64,000 nucleotides of DNA from Ranitomeya imitator (lineage: Eukaryota). The first letter of the stretch is position 1. Each line of letters begins with the position of its first letter. The position numbers and the translations under genes were made by a program. The notes under the pieces were generated by a model. The model searched no databases and was not told the origin of the DNA. It was given only the letters and a program-made list of their open reading frames with translations. Of the stretch, positions 1 to 12,607 are shown piece by piece. The stretch spans positions 201,934,001-201,998,000 of the forward strand of contig NC_091288.1 of the NCBI RefSeq assembly GCF_032444005.1. The letters run 5' to 3'.

Positions 1-360
<360 letters not shown>

Positions 361-721
361 GAAAACGTTCGCTTTGGACCGAATAGATAAGGGGTGAAAA
401 CAGATATTTGTCTTGGAGCAGAAGGAAGTGCAGAAATATTCTGTTGATTTGTAGTTTGCACTTGTTGAATTTGTGTCTACTATCAGCCATAAATTGCACT
501 GACAGTCTGGTGGGTGAGGGGTTAATCCCTGTCAGTGCTTCTCCTCCGCTCCATCTGCACAGGAGGCGGCTCCTCACTCACCCGCTTATTACCCTGTGTA
601 GATTCCCTGTGGTGTCCGCGCTGATCCTATCACAGCCTGACTGAGACAAGTCTCCTATGTTCTGCCCGGAGCCTGATGTGACGCTGCCGGGTCCCGGGTG
701 GGGGAAGTCGCCGCTTCTGTA

Positions 722-1063
722 TTGTATGATACAATATTGTTCTGCTCCAGGAAGACATCCAGGCCTCTCTTGAACCCCTCGACTGAGTTCGCCATCACCA
801 CCTCCTCAGGCAAGCAATTCCAGATTCTCACCGCCCTAACAGTAAAGAATCCTCTTCTATGTTGGTGGAAAAACCTTCTCTCCTCCAGACGCAAAGAATG
901 CCCCCTTGTGCCCGTGGCCTTGGTATAAACCTTGGTATAAACAGATCCTCAGCGAGATATTTCTATTGTCCCCTTATATACTTATACATGGTTATTAGAT
1001 CGCCCCTCAGTCGTCTTTTTCTAGACTAAATAATCCTAATTTCGCTAATCTATCTGGGTATTG
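722..1063 (-). mobile_element. CR1-family LINE, truncated ORF2 C-terminal fragment
   Basis: Translates to RLAKLGLFSLEK/RRLRGDLITMYKY...GHSLRLEERRF...RRGFFTVRAVRIWNCLPEEVVMANSVEGFKRGLDVFL, the typical CR1 ORF2 end; contains a frameshift, a stop and a 12-bp duplication. Confidence 0.88.
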
Positions 1064-1880
1064 TAGTTCTCAATACCCAGATAGTGGTAATGTTCTGAGC
1101 AGGGACACTCCGCAATCTTCTACACATGATCGTACATTTCCCATCACAGAGGGATCTGCTGGGAAGGGCAGAATTGGTCTTCCCTGAAATGTCTCTTGTA
1201 GGATATGTCCCTGACCAGTATATCGTCTGCACAGTACTGATTGTGACGGGAAAGGGACGATCTGATCGTCTCCAGGTCAGGCACACGGGCACATCACAGC
1301 ATGTGGAGAACACGAATCAGTCTCTATATCTATGAGTGGAAACAGGAGCGAATACTGCACCGCTAACCTGGAAATCTGCAGACTCCTGTGTGGGATGTAA
1401 GAGAGCAATGATCGCTCAACACAAGCAGATTTCCCGATATCGGTCCTGGGAGCACGTGTCATATGAAGACAAAGGACGGAAAAAAGCGGGAACTTTAAAC
1501 TTTTTACCATTGGAAACATTAGCTCCTCCCTCTGCTGATTGGCTGAACACAGGACGGTTAGGGGGGTTTGAATTTCCCGCCGCTTCTAAATGTAATGACG
1601 TCATTTACACTGTAAAAAGAATTCAATTAGGCTCTAGATCAACTCCACCGACCACCACAAATGGCTCCTGTTAACGGAGAAAGGAGAGTAATGAACGAGA
1701 CCCCAGAATGCCGAGATCTGTGCAGCAAGGGGTTAAATAAGTCCCTGAATACACATCAACTCACTGAGCAATGCCCAGATTATTCCTGAGGTTTTCTCAC
1801 CATCTCCCTCGTCATCAGACGCAGAGCCCCGGGCGGTGCGAGCAGACACCTCGGGGAGACGGGAGAGGACACCGGAGCAG

Positions 1881-1965
1881 TGTGGGTGGCTCTTATAGTG
1901 AGGGTGTAGGTGGCTCTTATAGGGAGGGTGTGGGTGGCTCTTATAGGGAGGGTGTGGGTGGCTCT
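1881..1965 (-). repeat. 24-bp tandem repeat after the H2B stem-loop
   Basis: Unit AAGAGCCACCCACACCCTCCCTAT; AAGAGCCACC occurs 4, 3, 4 and 3 times (stem arm included) in the four H2B copies. Confidence 0.92.
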
Positions 1966-1975
1966 TAGAAGAGCC
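1960..1975 (-). terminator. Histone 3' stem-loop (H2B)
   Basis: Minus strand AAA GGCTCT TCTA AGAGCC ACCCA; present in all four H2B copies. Confidence 0.95.
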
Positions 1976-2005
1976 TTTGGGGTGAGGAGCGGAGCACGGA
2001 NNNNN

Positions 2006-2565
<560 letters not shown>

Positions 2566-2812
2566 TCTCCAACTGATATTTCGCTTTTCAGCACCCTCCA
2601 TATAGCGCTGTAAAACACGTATAATGCTGAATACATCTAAATAGTGCTGTGAAGCGCCATATACCGCAGTGCACCCTCATATAGTGCTCTATGTGTTAAT
2701 GTAGCTCTGTTTACCCTTCATGTGCTGCAGTATACTCCAATATAGTGCTGCTATTCATCTGTATAGTGCAGAGTGCCCCCATATACTGCAACTTACTGAC
2801 AAATGACTGTGC

Positions 2813-2872
2813 CACTTCCAGAGCTCGGCCGTCATGGCCCTGCAGGAGGCCAGCGAGGCTTATCTGCTGGGG
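2813..2872 (+). pseudogene. H3: H3 internal fragment (about aa 83-102)
   Basis: Encodes [20 protein letters not shown] versus [20 protein letters not shown] in the intact H3, with about 4 nt differences. Copies at 23506-23565 and 44223-44282. Confidence 0.9.
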
Positions 2873-2880
2873 AGTCTGGG

Positions 2881-5011
2881 GATGTACTAGATTTTCTCGG
2901 CACCACCATCCGCATGTGGGGTGCTGCTGTAATCCCGTTCATTATCCTCATTTTTCCTCTGCACATTCCCACATCCAGCCAAGTGATCGCGGGGTCCAGT
3001 ATACTCATCAGCATTGCCAATACTTCGATATGTAGCAAAGAAGGAGTGGTGTAAAAATTTGGGGGGCATTTTGAGGGCAACCCAAACGTTGTGCCCCACC
3101 AAAAAATGTCCCGGTTGACCCAAAACATTCTGAAAAAAATTACCACACACTCTTATAGTGTTCCTCTACACACCCTGAGAATTTGTGGTCGACAGACCCA
3201 AACCGGGCTTAGCAGTGACCTTGCGCAACACAGACTTCAATGGGCAGGGTCACTTTGGGGAGTCTCTGCTCAGCCCAGTTTGTGGCTATCATCAACCCCA
3301 AATGTTCAGGGTGTGTAGCTCTAGTGGACCAGTGCTGTAAAAATTTAGGGGGCATTTTGAGATGACCCAAAACATATGCCCCTCCCCACCCCCAAACTTC
3401 TGAACAAATTACCCGACACTCTTGAATTGTTCCTCTACACACCCTGAACATTTGGGGTCGATGGGCACAAACTAGGCTGAGCAGTGACCCTGCGCGCGAT
3501 AGGCTTCCATGGGCAGGGCAGCTTTGGGGGGTAACTGCTCAGCAGTGCACAGATTGGGGCTATCGACTTCAAATTTTCATAGTGTGTAGAGGAATAATTC
3601 ATGAGTGTGGGCTATTTTTTTTCTGAATACCTTGCTCTATATACTGTACACACTGCTCTAGATATTGTACACTGCTCTATATACTGTACACACTGCTCTA
3701 TATATTGTATACTGCTCTATATACTGTACACTGATTTACATACTGTACCCTCTCCTGTATATACTGTACACACTGCTACTGTACACTCTGGTCTATATAC
3801 TGTGTACTCTGCTGTATATACTGTACACACTGCTCTATATACTGTACGCTCTGGTCTATAATACTGTACACTGCTGTATATACTGTTCACACTGCTCTAT
3901 ATACTGTACACTGCTCTAAATACTGTACACACTGCTCTATATACTGTATATACTGTATATATACTGTATATATTGCTGTATATATACTGTATATATACTG
4001 TATATATTGCTGTATATACTGTACAATCTGTTGCACAGTCTGTATACACTGCTGTATATACTGCATACTCTGCTCTATATACTGTACACACGGCACTATG
4101 CTATACACTGCTCTATATACTGTACACTCTGGTCTATAAACTGGACACTGCTGTATATACTGTACTCTGCTTTATATACTGTACACACTGTTGTATATAC
4201 TGTAGACTCTCCTCTATTATCTGTGACACTTATTACACTGCTGATCTGGGCTGTGCAGATGTGATGTTGTGCACTATATATACTATATACAGCTGTGTTC
4301 TCTGTGTAGACGCTGGATTTTGTGTCTCCGCTTTTCTCCCAATATTCCCCTTTTGCACAACAGTGGGGGTCACATACATGCATGAATATTTCAGTTTTCT
4401 CCCGAGATGTTCATGTGTTTGGTTGGGGAGTCGCGCTGTGCAGCTGTCGCCTCATCAGAGCTCTTCCCTCCATTACAGGCCGCAGCGGTCACAGCTTCAC
4501 ACTGGGTAAGACACGATATCAGGCAGGTGATTGCAATCAGCCCCCGATATGGATCATCTACTGATGTGGAACACGTGTCCCCCCAATACTCTGCACATAC
4601 GGGGTAGAGTGATATCACAGGTCAGGGAGGTGGCAGTCAGCGGAGGCCGTCGCCTGTGTTACCCTTCTGGGTTCTCAGCAGCTCCAGCTGGTCCCCACAT
4701 CGTACAATCAGCTTCCTGTGCGATAGACACTGGAGTAAAGATCCCTGTGATGGTGACAAGAGCCGGGAATAGGAGGAACGAGCTCCCGCAGCAGATTTAT
4801 CTACCCGGACACACAGTGATGTGCAGATCGGGAGGACGGCGGCGATAATCTCCGCAATTTCTAGGCGTTTCCACTAGTGACGGCTACAAACGGTCGGTGG
4901 AGATGATGGAGAAGGAGAAGCGACGGAGGAATCGCGCTCTGCTGTCCGGTGTTAGCCGGTAAAGGGTTTTTATCCCGGGCAGGGAAGCACAAGGGGAGAG
5001 CGGAGCTTCAC
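2881..5011 (+). repeat. Long inverted repeat, left arm (TE-like composite)
   Basis: Reverse complement of 13447-16141, starting GATGTACTAG. Contains ~270-bp imperfect palindromic subunits and a satellite. Copies at 23574-25704 and 44291-46423. Confidence 0.9.
3625..4205 (+). repeat. Degenerate satellite (TATATACTGTACACACTGCTC)n
   Basis: Visible units of about 19-21 bp; source of the YILYTLL-type ORFs. Confidence 0.9.
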
Positions 5012-5381
5012 TACCTGCCAGCCCTTATGCCGAAGTGATCAGATTCTATTCTGTGTAATCCGCTCATGTAACCAATATTGGCGGAGGCTGCGGGGAGTTA
5101 TAGATTTCATGTCTTATAAAAGCAGCTCAGCGGGTTATCGATTGTGCAGAGGTGTCAGTATGTGCATGTATATATGTGTATGTACATACCCCATACACCC
5201 TTGTATCATTTACCAAATAGTACCGTAACAATGAACAGCATCAGCGGTTCCAGCTCCATAATGCAAACAGGGGGCAGCACAATAAGATGGGGGCAAACAC
5301 CAGTATATGTCAGGACTCGGGAGACTTAATGTTAGTCAGATAGGAGCTCTGCACTTCCGCAGCCATTTAATCTCATTCAAT

Positions 5382-5984
5382 GAGCCACCACCTCCTCCCC
5401 GCAGAGCTGTATGATCAGTGCCACCACCTTCTCCCAACAGAGCTGTATGATCAGTGCCACCACCTCCTCCTCGCAGAGCTGTATGATCAGTGCCACCACC
5501 TCCTCCCCGCAGAGCTGTATGATCAGAGCAACCACCTTCTCCCCACAGAGCTGTATGATCAGTGCCATCACCCACTCCCCGCAGAGCTGTATGATCAGTG
5601 CCACCACCTCCTCGCAGAGCTGTATGATCAGTGCCACCACCTCCTCCCCACGGAACTGTATGATCAGTGCCACCGCCTCCTCCCCGCAGAGCTGTATGAT
5701 CAGTGCCACCACCTCCTCCCCGCAGAGCTGTATGATCAGTGCCACCACCTCCTCCTCCCTGCAGAGCTGTATGATCAGTGCCACCACCTCCTCCTCCCCG
5801 CAGAGCTGTATGATCAGTGCCACCACCTCCTCCTCCCCGCAGAGCTGTATGATCAGTGCCACTACCTCCTCCCCGCAGAGCTGTATGATCAGAGCAACCA
5901 CTTCCTCCCCAGCAGAGCTATATGATCAGTGCCACCACCTTCTCCCCACAGAGCTGTATGATCAGTGCCACCACCTTCTCCCCT
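5382..5984 (+). repeat. 36-bp minisatellite, inverted orphan array (about 16 copies)
   Basis: Same unit on the + strand, starting GAGCCACCACCTCC. Copies at 26075-26677 and 46794-47396. Confidence 0.95.
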
Positions 5985-8254
5985 TCATTGTCTGTTCTAG
6001 TTATATGGAGATAATGGTCCTTGTATGCAATGTCCAGTAATGATTCCCGAGAGCAGCAGACGCTCCCTGAGGACCCATCTATGCCCAGCAGAGGACACTC
6101 ATAGCCAGAGACCGGTACCGGGAGTTCCCTCTCCTCACGCTGCAGAACAGCAGAGCGGGCTGGGGACTAGTGACCGGTGTCACCCGCACTCAGAGCAGCC
6201 TGCAGCTGAAGGAGGAATCCCCCCTAACAAGGAATGTGCCAGTGACACCCTGACAGCGGAGAAAGGACAGGCAGAACACGCAGCAGCCGGGACTCTCCTC
6301 GCTGCGAGCTCCGGTACACAGAGGGGGGCAGGAAGTTCCGGGCTCAGGAGACGGGGACATCACCTGCCATGGGGTGTAAGGGGATGATCTGTAGCGCTGC
6401 ATCTAATTATTGGGGGAAGCTCATTATCACTTACCAGACGCATTCAGGTGACATTAATGAGCCGCAGGCAGCGAGGCCGCCGAGTACTGTCCTCAATGGG
6501 GAGCAGCATTATAACAATGAGAATAACTTGCCCCCACTGTGATTTTCTTGTTATACGAATTGACGGTTTACTTTATTTTAATAACACTTGTATTGCAAAT
6601 GACAGAGATCATAAAACTTAGATATAACCTGTTTCTTCATATGAAGATTTACATTCACAGAACATTTATTATCTTCCCGTAGAAGATAATGACAACAGCT
6701 TAGATGGATAAAACCATAAGCAATGGAGAAAGAACACAGAGAAAGAATTCCAAAACCTGTCATTCCTCAGTTGCTGGAGCTGTAGAATGATGGGCTGCAC
6801 AGATTTTAGAGGATCATCTCTTCATTGTAATAGCTGAATCATTGGAATAGTGATATCCAGCAGGAGACATATGTCAGGACTAATAGTAACAATGCAACAA
6901 TGAGGCAGACTGAGGTGTGCACTGACTTGCAGAGAAGCAGCAGTAGTCTGAAGAAGCTGACAATTAAGAACAGCTGTGTACAACCATCTCCTATCTGTAA
7001 GCCGCTAGGAAATTAATTGTTAAACACTTATCTGCTTTTGGAGGCAAAAGAAGACGCTAAATGCTCCTGAGTAACCTCATATCTTGTATTTTACTAACAT
7101 GTTTTTCTTTTCCCTTATTTAGGCTATTCAATTTTAGTTACCATATTACATTTCTCCTGTAACTCTGACCTGCTTGGACTGTTGTCTTTTCCTACACTTT
7201 TATCATATTTGATCCTTTTTCTTACCCTATTAAAATTTATATTTACCGTCCCTCTTTTATTTATGTCTGATATAAAACTGTTTGTGTGTATTGATTATAC
7301 TTTAAAAAACAAAAAAAACTACAAATCGCTCTGAGTTCAGTGGCTTTTTATTCCAGCTCTTGCTCCATGGATCGTCCGATACTTTGTGGTCTCGTATTAA
7401 TTGAAGTTTATGATTCTCACTTTGTTTCTCCAAAGAAAACATTTATTTATTAAATGACTCCACGGTGATTTGGAAGGTGATTACAGGAGATTGCTGTTGG
7501 TGGACTTTATATCACATCACAAGAAGCTGCGGAAACTACAACAAGCGGGAAATTCAAAATTCCTACCCGCCCTGTGTGCAGCCAATCTGCAGAGGAAGGG
7601 GAGGGGCTAACGTTAACCGTTTAGGAACGTGGAGTTCCCGCTGAGTGGCTGATGAATTTTCCGTTTTTTGTCTTTCTGTAGTTTCAGGACGATCAGATGT
7701 CCGAAAAGTGTTTGTGTGGAGCGATCAATGGTCACTTGTGTCCCATACAGGAGTTTATATATTTCCAGGATCAAGGGAGAAGTATCCGCTTTCTATAATA
7801 GAAGGTGCAGAACTTTGCGACTATAGTGACTCCATCAGACCAGCAATATTCAGTGCAGGGAATATACAGAAACGAGGTCATGCAGATTAGAAACAATCTT
7901 AAAATTGGGGTGGGGAGTCTAAAATGCTGATTAATGTTATCTAGGGAAACCTACTATAGAACTGTAAACTCCTGCAGTGAGAAGAATAACAGGAAATATC
8001 GCAGAGTAGATGGGCGCCCTGTATGGTCACATATGAGCATTCTTGCCGCATCCAGTCCCATCACACATCAATATCTTTGCGGATTATTCTAGTATTGGTC
8101 CTGATCAGGGCGCACAGGGAAGAGGGGATGAGATTATTACATTTCCGCATATATGTATTTACTCCCCCACACACTGCAGACTGAGCCGCGAGTGACCCAG
8201 AGACCAGATGTTACCGAGCACAAGTGATCCCTCCGGGCATAATTATATGTGAGG

Positions 8255-8358
8255 AATGAGCTCGTCTTGAGGGAGGATTTAGTGGCTCTGAAAAGAGCCT
8301 TTGTGTTGTGGTCGGTGCCGGGGCAGATCTAAGCTCTCTCCCCACGGATCCGGCGGGC
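8255..8358 (-). pseudogene. H3: H3 3' remnant (ARRIRGERA*, 3' UTR, stem-loop, HDE region)
   Basis: 8284-8358 is nearly identical to 10178-10252, and looser homology continues about 25 nt past the stem-loop. Copies at +20,693 and +41,412. Confidence 0.9.
8284..8299 (-). terminator. Orphan histone 3' stem-loop (H3 remnant)
   Basis: GGCTCT TTTC AGAGCC following the H3 C-terminal remnant; recurs in units 2 and 3. Confidence 0.9.
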
Positions 8359-8588
8359 TTGGGAAAACCAGGTTTGTCTTTCTAGGTCAAAATATTGGAA
8401 AAGACTCTGGTCCCAGATCACACACTGCGGGCACATCCCAGAATCTGGATAATGCGGCTTCATTCCTTCGACCGGGAACCCAAAGCATTAGTGGCTCAGT
8501 AAAGGTTCTAAACGATATATTAACTTTAAAACCACCAGGAACAAGAGCGCAGGAATAGGAAGGTGCAGCCTCTCACTGAGATGTGGGT

Positions 8589-8604
8589 GGCTCTGAAAAG
8601 AGCC
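8589..8604 (-). terminator. Histone 3' stem-loop (H4a)
   Basis: GGCTCT TTTC AGAGCC ACCCA followed by HDE-like GAGAGGCTG. Confidence 0.95.
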
Positions 8605-8634
8605 TTTGGGTTGTGAGGACAGAAGAGAACACAA

Positions 8635-9145
<511 letters not shown>

Positions 9146-10177
9146 TTATTGTGCTCTTATTTCCCCGCTTCTCTATTCTTCTCATCTCGGCGCCGCTGCT
9201 AGATCTGTTGGTTATTTCGATTTTTTTTCATTGTTATTTATGTTGCTAGTTTCCAGCTTCTGCCAAATGTTAGCTAGTAGAATAAAAAATATATTCTAGG
9301 GACAATAATCTACAGAAAACTCGTGATCCCCGGCAGTCACTCATCATTACACGTGGTGCCGGACTGGCGGCCATTACCGGTCCCTCAGAGCAGGGAGCTG
9401 CATGTAACCAGTCACCCTGCGGCTCCAGCCCTGGAGAAGATGGGAAAAGTCAAATATACGAGAATTGCTTAACGACCCACCCACCACAAATGCGACCATC
9501 GCAGCACACGGGGGAGGGATCTGCTCAGACCAGTGTCAGGCAGAATAGATCACATAAAGGCGTCATCACCGATCTGAGGGACAAATGAGGTTATTAACAG
9601 AAACTAAGCGCAGAGATCTCCGATCCGAACAAAAGAGAACAACCTAAAGCCGCAAGACTGAGGAGGCGGCACTAGGACCCAGCGCGTGAGACAGCAGATT
9701 GTGATCGGTTATGATCCTCAGGAGCGCGAGCAGCAAATGAGCGGGAATTTCAAATCCACCAGCGGATCGGTAAATGACCACAAAACATCAGCATAAAGAA
9801 CCGTTCTCAGGAACCGACCAATCACCGATTACTTTTACTCCATTAACTCAATAGTGACCGCGTTCCTGCAGATCCACCCCATTTACGTCTGCACTGTATA
9901 GGAACCGCACATCCACCACCGCAAACCCGGTTGTGCACTGTACACACTTTACGCGGTCCTTATAACACGTCGGTTTTGTTATAGATGTCGGACACTTTTG
10001 GACTGGGCGAGAATAGAGAATGTGCAGAGCGATAACCAATATCGCTGATCACCTGCAATATCGGAAGCAGCAGCCTCCGTCCATTTAACTGATCGACCGT
10101 GCCTGCGCTTCGTACACTGAGAATACGCGCAGAAAAGGGACTGCTCAGGAATCGGCTCATTTGGGAGAGACTTTGGT

Positions 10178-10193
10178 GGCTCTGAAAAGAGCC
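10178..10193 (-). terminator. Histone 3' stem-loop (H3)
   Basis: GGCTCT TTTC AGAGCC ACCA. Confidence 0.95.
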
Positions 10194-10222
10194 TTTGTGT
10201 TGTGGTCGCAGCCGGGGCAGAT

Positions 10223-10850
<628 letters not shown>

Positions 10851-11039
10851 TTCCGTGATGCGTCTGTCCTCAGATCACTCATTTGCCGCTTGCTGGAGCA
10901 GCTGATGTATTTGCGTTCAAATGTCCCCGTGTATAGCGCTGTACAGTGCAGCTCCCGCAATATCGACAGATCACACAAACCCCCCATCCTGAGACTGCGC
11001 CCAGCATCAGTTATATTACAAACATTAGAAGTCCGAGAA

Positions 11040-12588
11040 CTAATCATACAGCTCTGCGGGGAGGAGGCGGTGGCACTGATCATACAGCTCTGTGGGGAGG
11101 AGGTGGTGGCTCTGATCATACAGCTCTGTGGGGAGAAGGTGGTTGCTCTGATCATACAGCTCTGCGGGGAGGAGGTAGTGGCACTGATAATACAGCTCTG
11201 CGGGGAGGAGGTAGTGGCACTGATCATACAGCTCTGTGGGGAGAAGGTGGTTGCTCTGATCATACAGCTCTGCGAGGAGGAGGTGATGGCACTGATCATA
11301 CAGCTCTGCGGGGAGGAGGTGGTGGCACTGATCATACAGCTCTGCGGGGAGGAGGTGGTGGCTCTGATCATACAGCTCTGTGGGGAGAGGTGGTGGCACT
11401 GATCATACAGCTCTGCTGGGGAGGAGGTGGTTGCTCTGATCATACAGCTCTGCGGGGAGGAGGTAGTGGCACTGATCATACAGCTCTGCGGGGAGGAGGT
11501 AGTGGCTCTGATCATACAGCTCTGCGGGGAGAATGTGATGGCTCTGATCATACAGCTCTGCTGGGGAGGAGGTGGTGGCTCTGATCATACAGCTCTGTGG
11601 GGAGAAGGTGGTTGCTCTGATCATACAGCTCTGCGGGGAGGAGGTAGTGGCACTGATAATACAGCTCTGCGGGGAGGAGGTAGTGGCACTGATCATACAG
11701 CTCTGTGGGGAGAAGGTGGTTGCTCTGATCATACAGCTCTGCGAGGAGGAGGTGATGGCACTGATCATACAGCTCTGCGGGGAGGAGGTGGTGGCACTGA
11801 TCATACAGCTCTGTGGGGAGAAGGTGGTTGCTCTGATCATACAGCTCTGCGGGGAGGAGGTGGTGGCACTGATCATACAGCTCTGCGAGGAGGAGGTGGT
11901 GGCACTGATCATACAGCTCTGCGGGGAGTGGGTGATGGCACTGATCATACAGCTCTGCGGGGAGGAGGTGGTGGCACTGATCATACAGCTCTGCGGGGAG
12001 GAGGTGGTGGCACTGATCATACAGCTCTGCGGGGAGGAGGTAGTGGCTCTGATCATACAGCTCTGCGGGGAGAATGTGATGGCTCTGATCATACAGCTCT
12101 GCTGGGGAGGAGGTGGTGGCTCTGATCATACAGCTCTGTGGGGAGAAGGTGGTTGCTCTGATCATACAGCTCTGCGGGGAGGAGGTAGTGGCACTGATAA
12201 TACAGCTCTGCGGGGAGGAGGTAGTGGCACTGATCATACAGCTCTGCGGGGAGGAGGTGGTGGCACTGATCATACAGCTCTGTGGGGAGAAGGTGGTTGC
12301 TCTGATCATACAGCTCTGCGGGGAGGAGGTGGTGGCACTGATCATACAGCTCTGCGAGGAGGAGGTGGTGGCACTGATCATACAGCTCTGCGGGGAGTGG
12401 GTGATGGCACTGATCATACAGCTCTGCGGGGAGGAGGTGGTGGCACTGATCATACAGCTCTGCGGGGAGGTGGTGGCACTGATCATACAGCCCTGTGGGG
12501 AGGAGGTAGTGGCACTGATCATACAGCTCTGCTGGGAGGAGGTGTTGGCACTGATCATACAGCTCTGCGGGGAGGAGGTGGTGGCTCT
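11040..12588 (-). repeat. 36-bp minisatellite of the H1 3' processing signal (about 43 copies)
   Basis: Minus-strand unit GCCACCACCTCCTCCCCGCAGAGCTGTATGATCAGT; the first copy begins inside the H1 stem-loop 3' arm. Confidence 0.95.
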
Positions 12589-12598
12589 TATAAGAGCC
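12583..12598 (-). terminator. Histone 3' stem-loop (H1)
   Basis: GGCTCT TATA AGAGCC ACCAC, with HDE AGAGCTGTA 16 nt downstream. Confidence 0.93.
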
Positions 12599-12607
12599 TT
12601 TGTGGTA

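Noticed and set aside
6540-7130. Possible second captured gene or LINE fragment (A-rich strand, hydrophobic minus-frame stretch, GTAAG and polypyrimidine-AG sites)
   Set aside because: Stops in all frames and no recognisable homology; blastx would be needed before making a call.
8284-8358. Retroposed H3 mRNA end
   Set aside because: Homology to H3 continues about 25 nt beyond the mature mRNA 3' end, which favours a DNA-level duplication.
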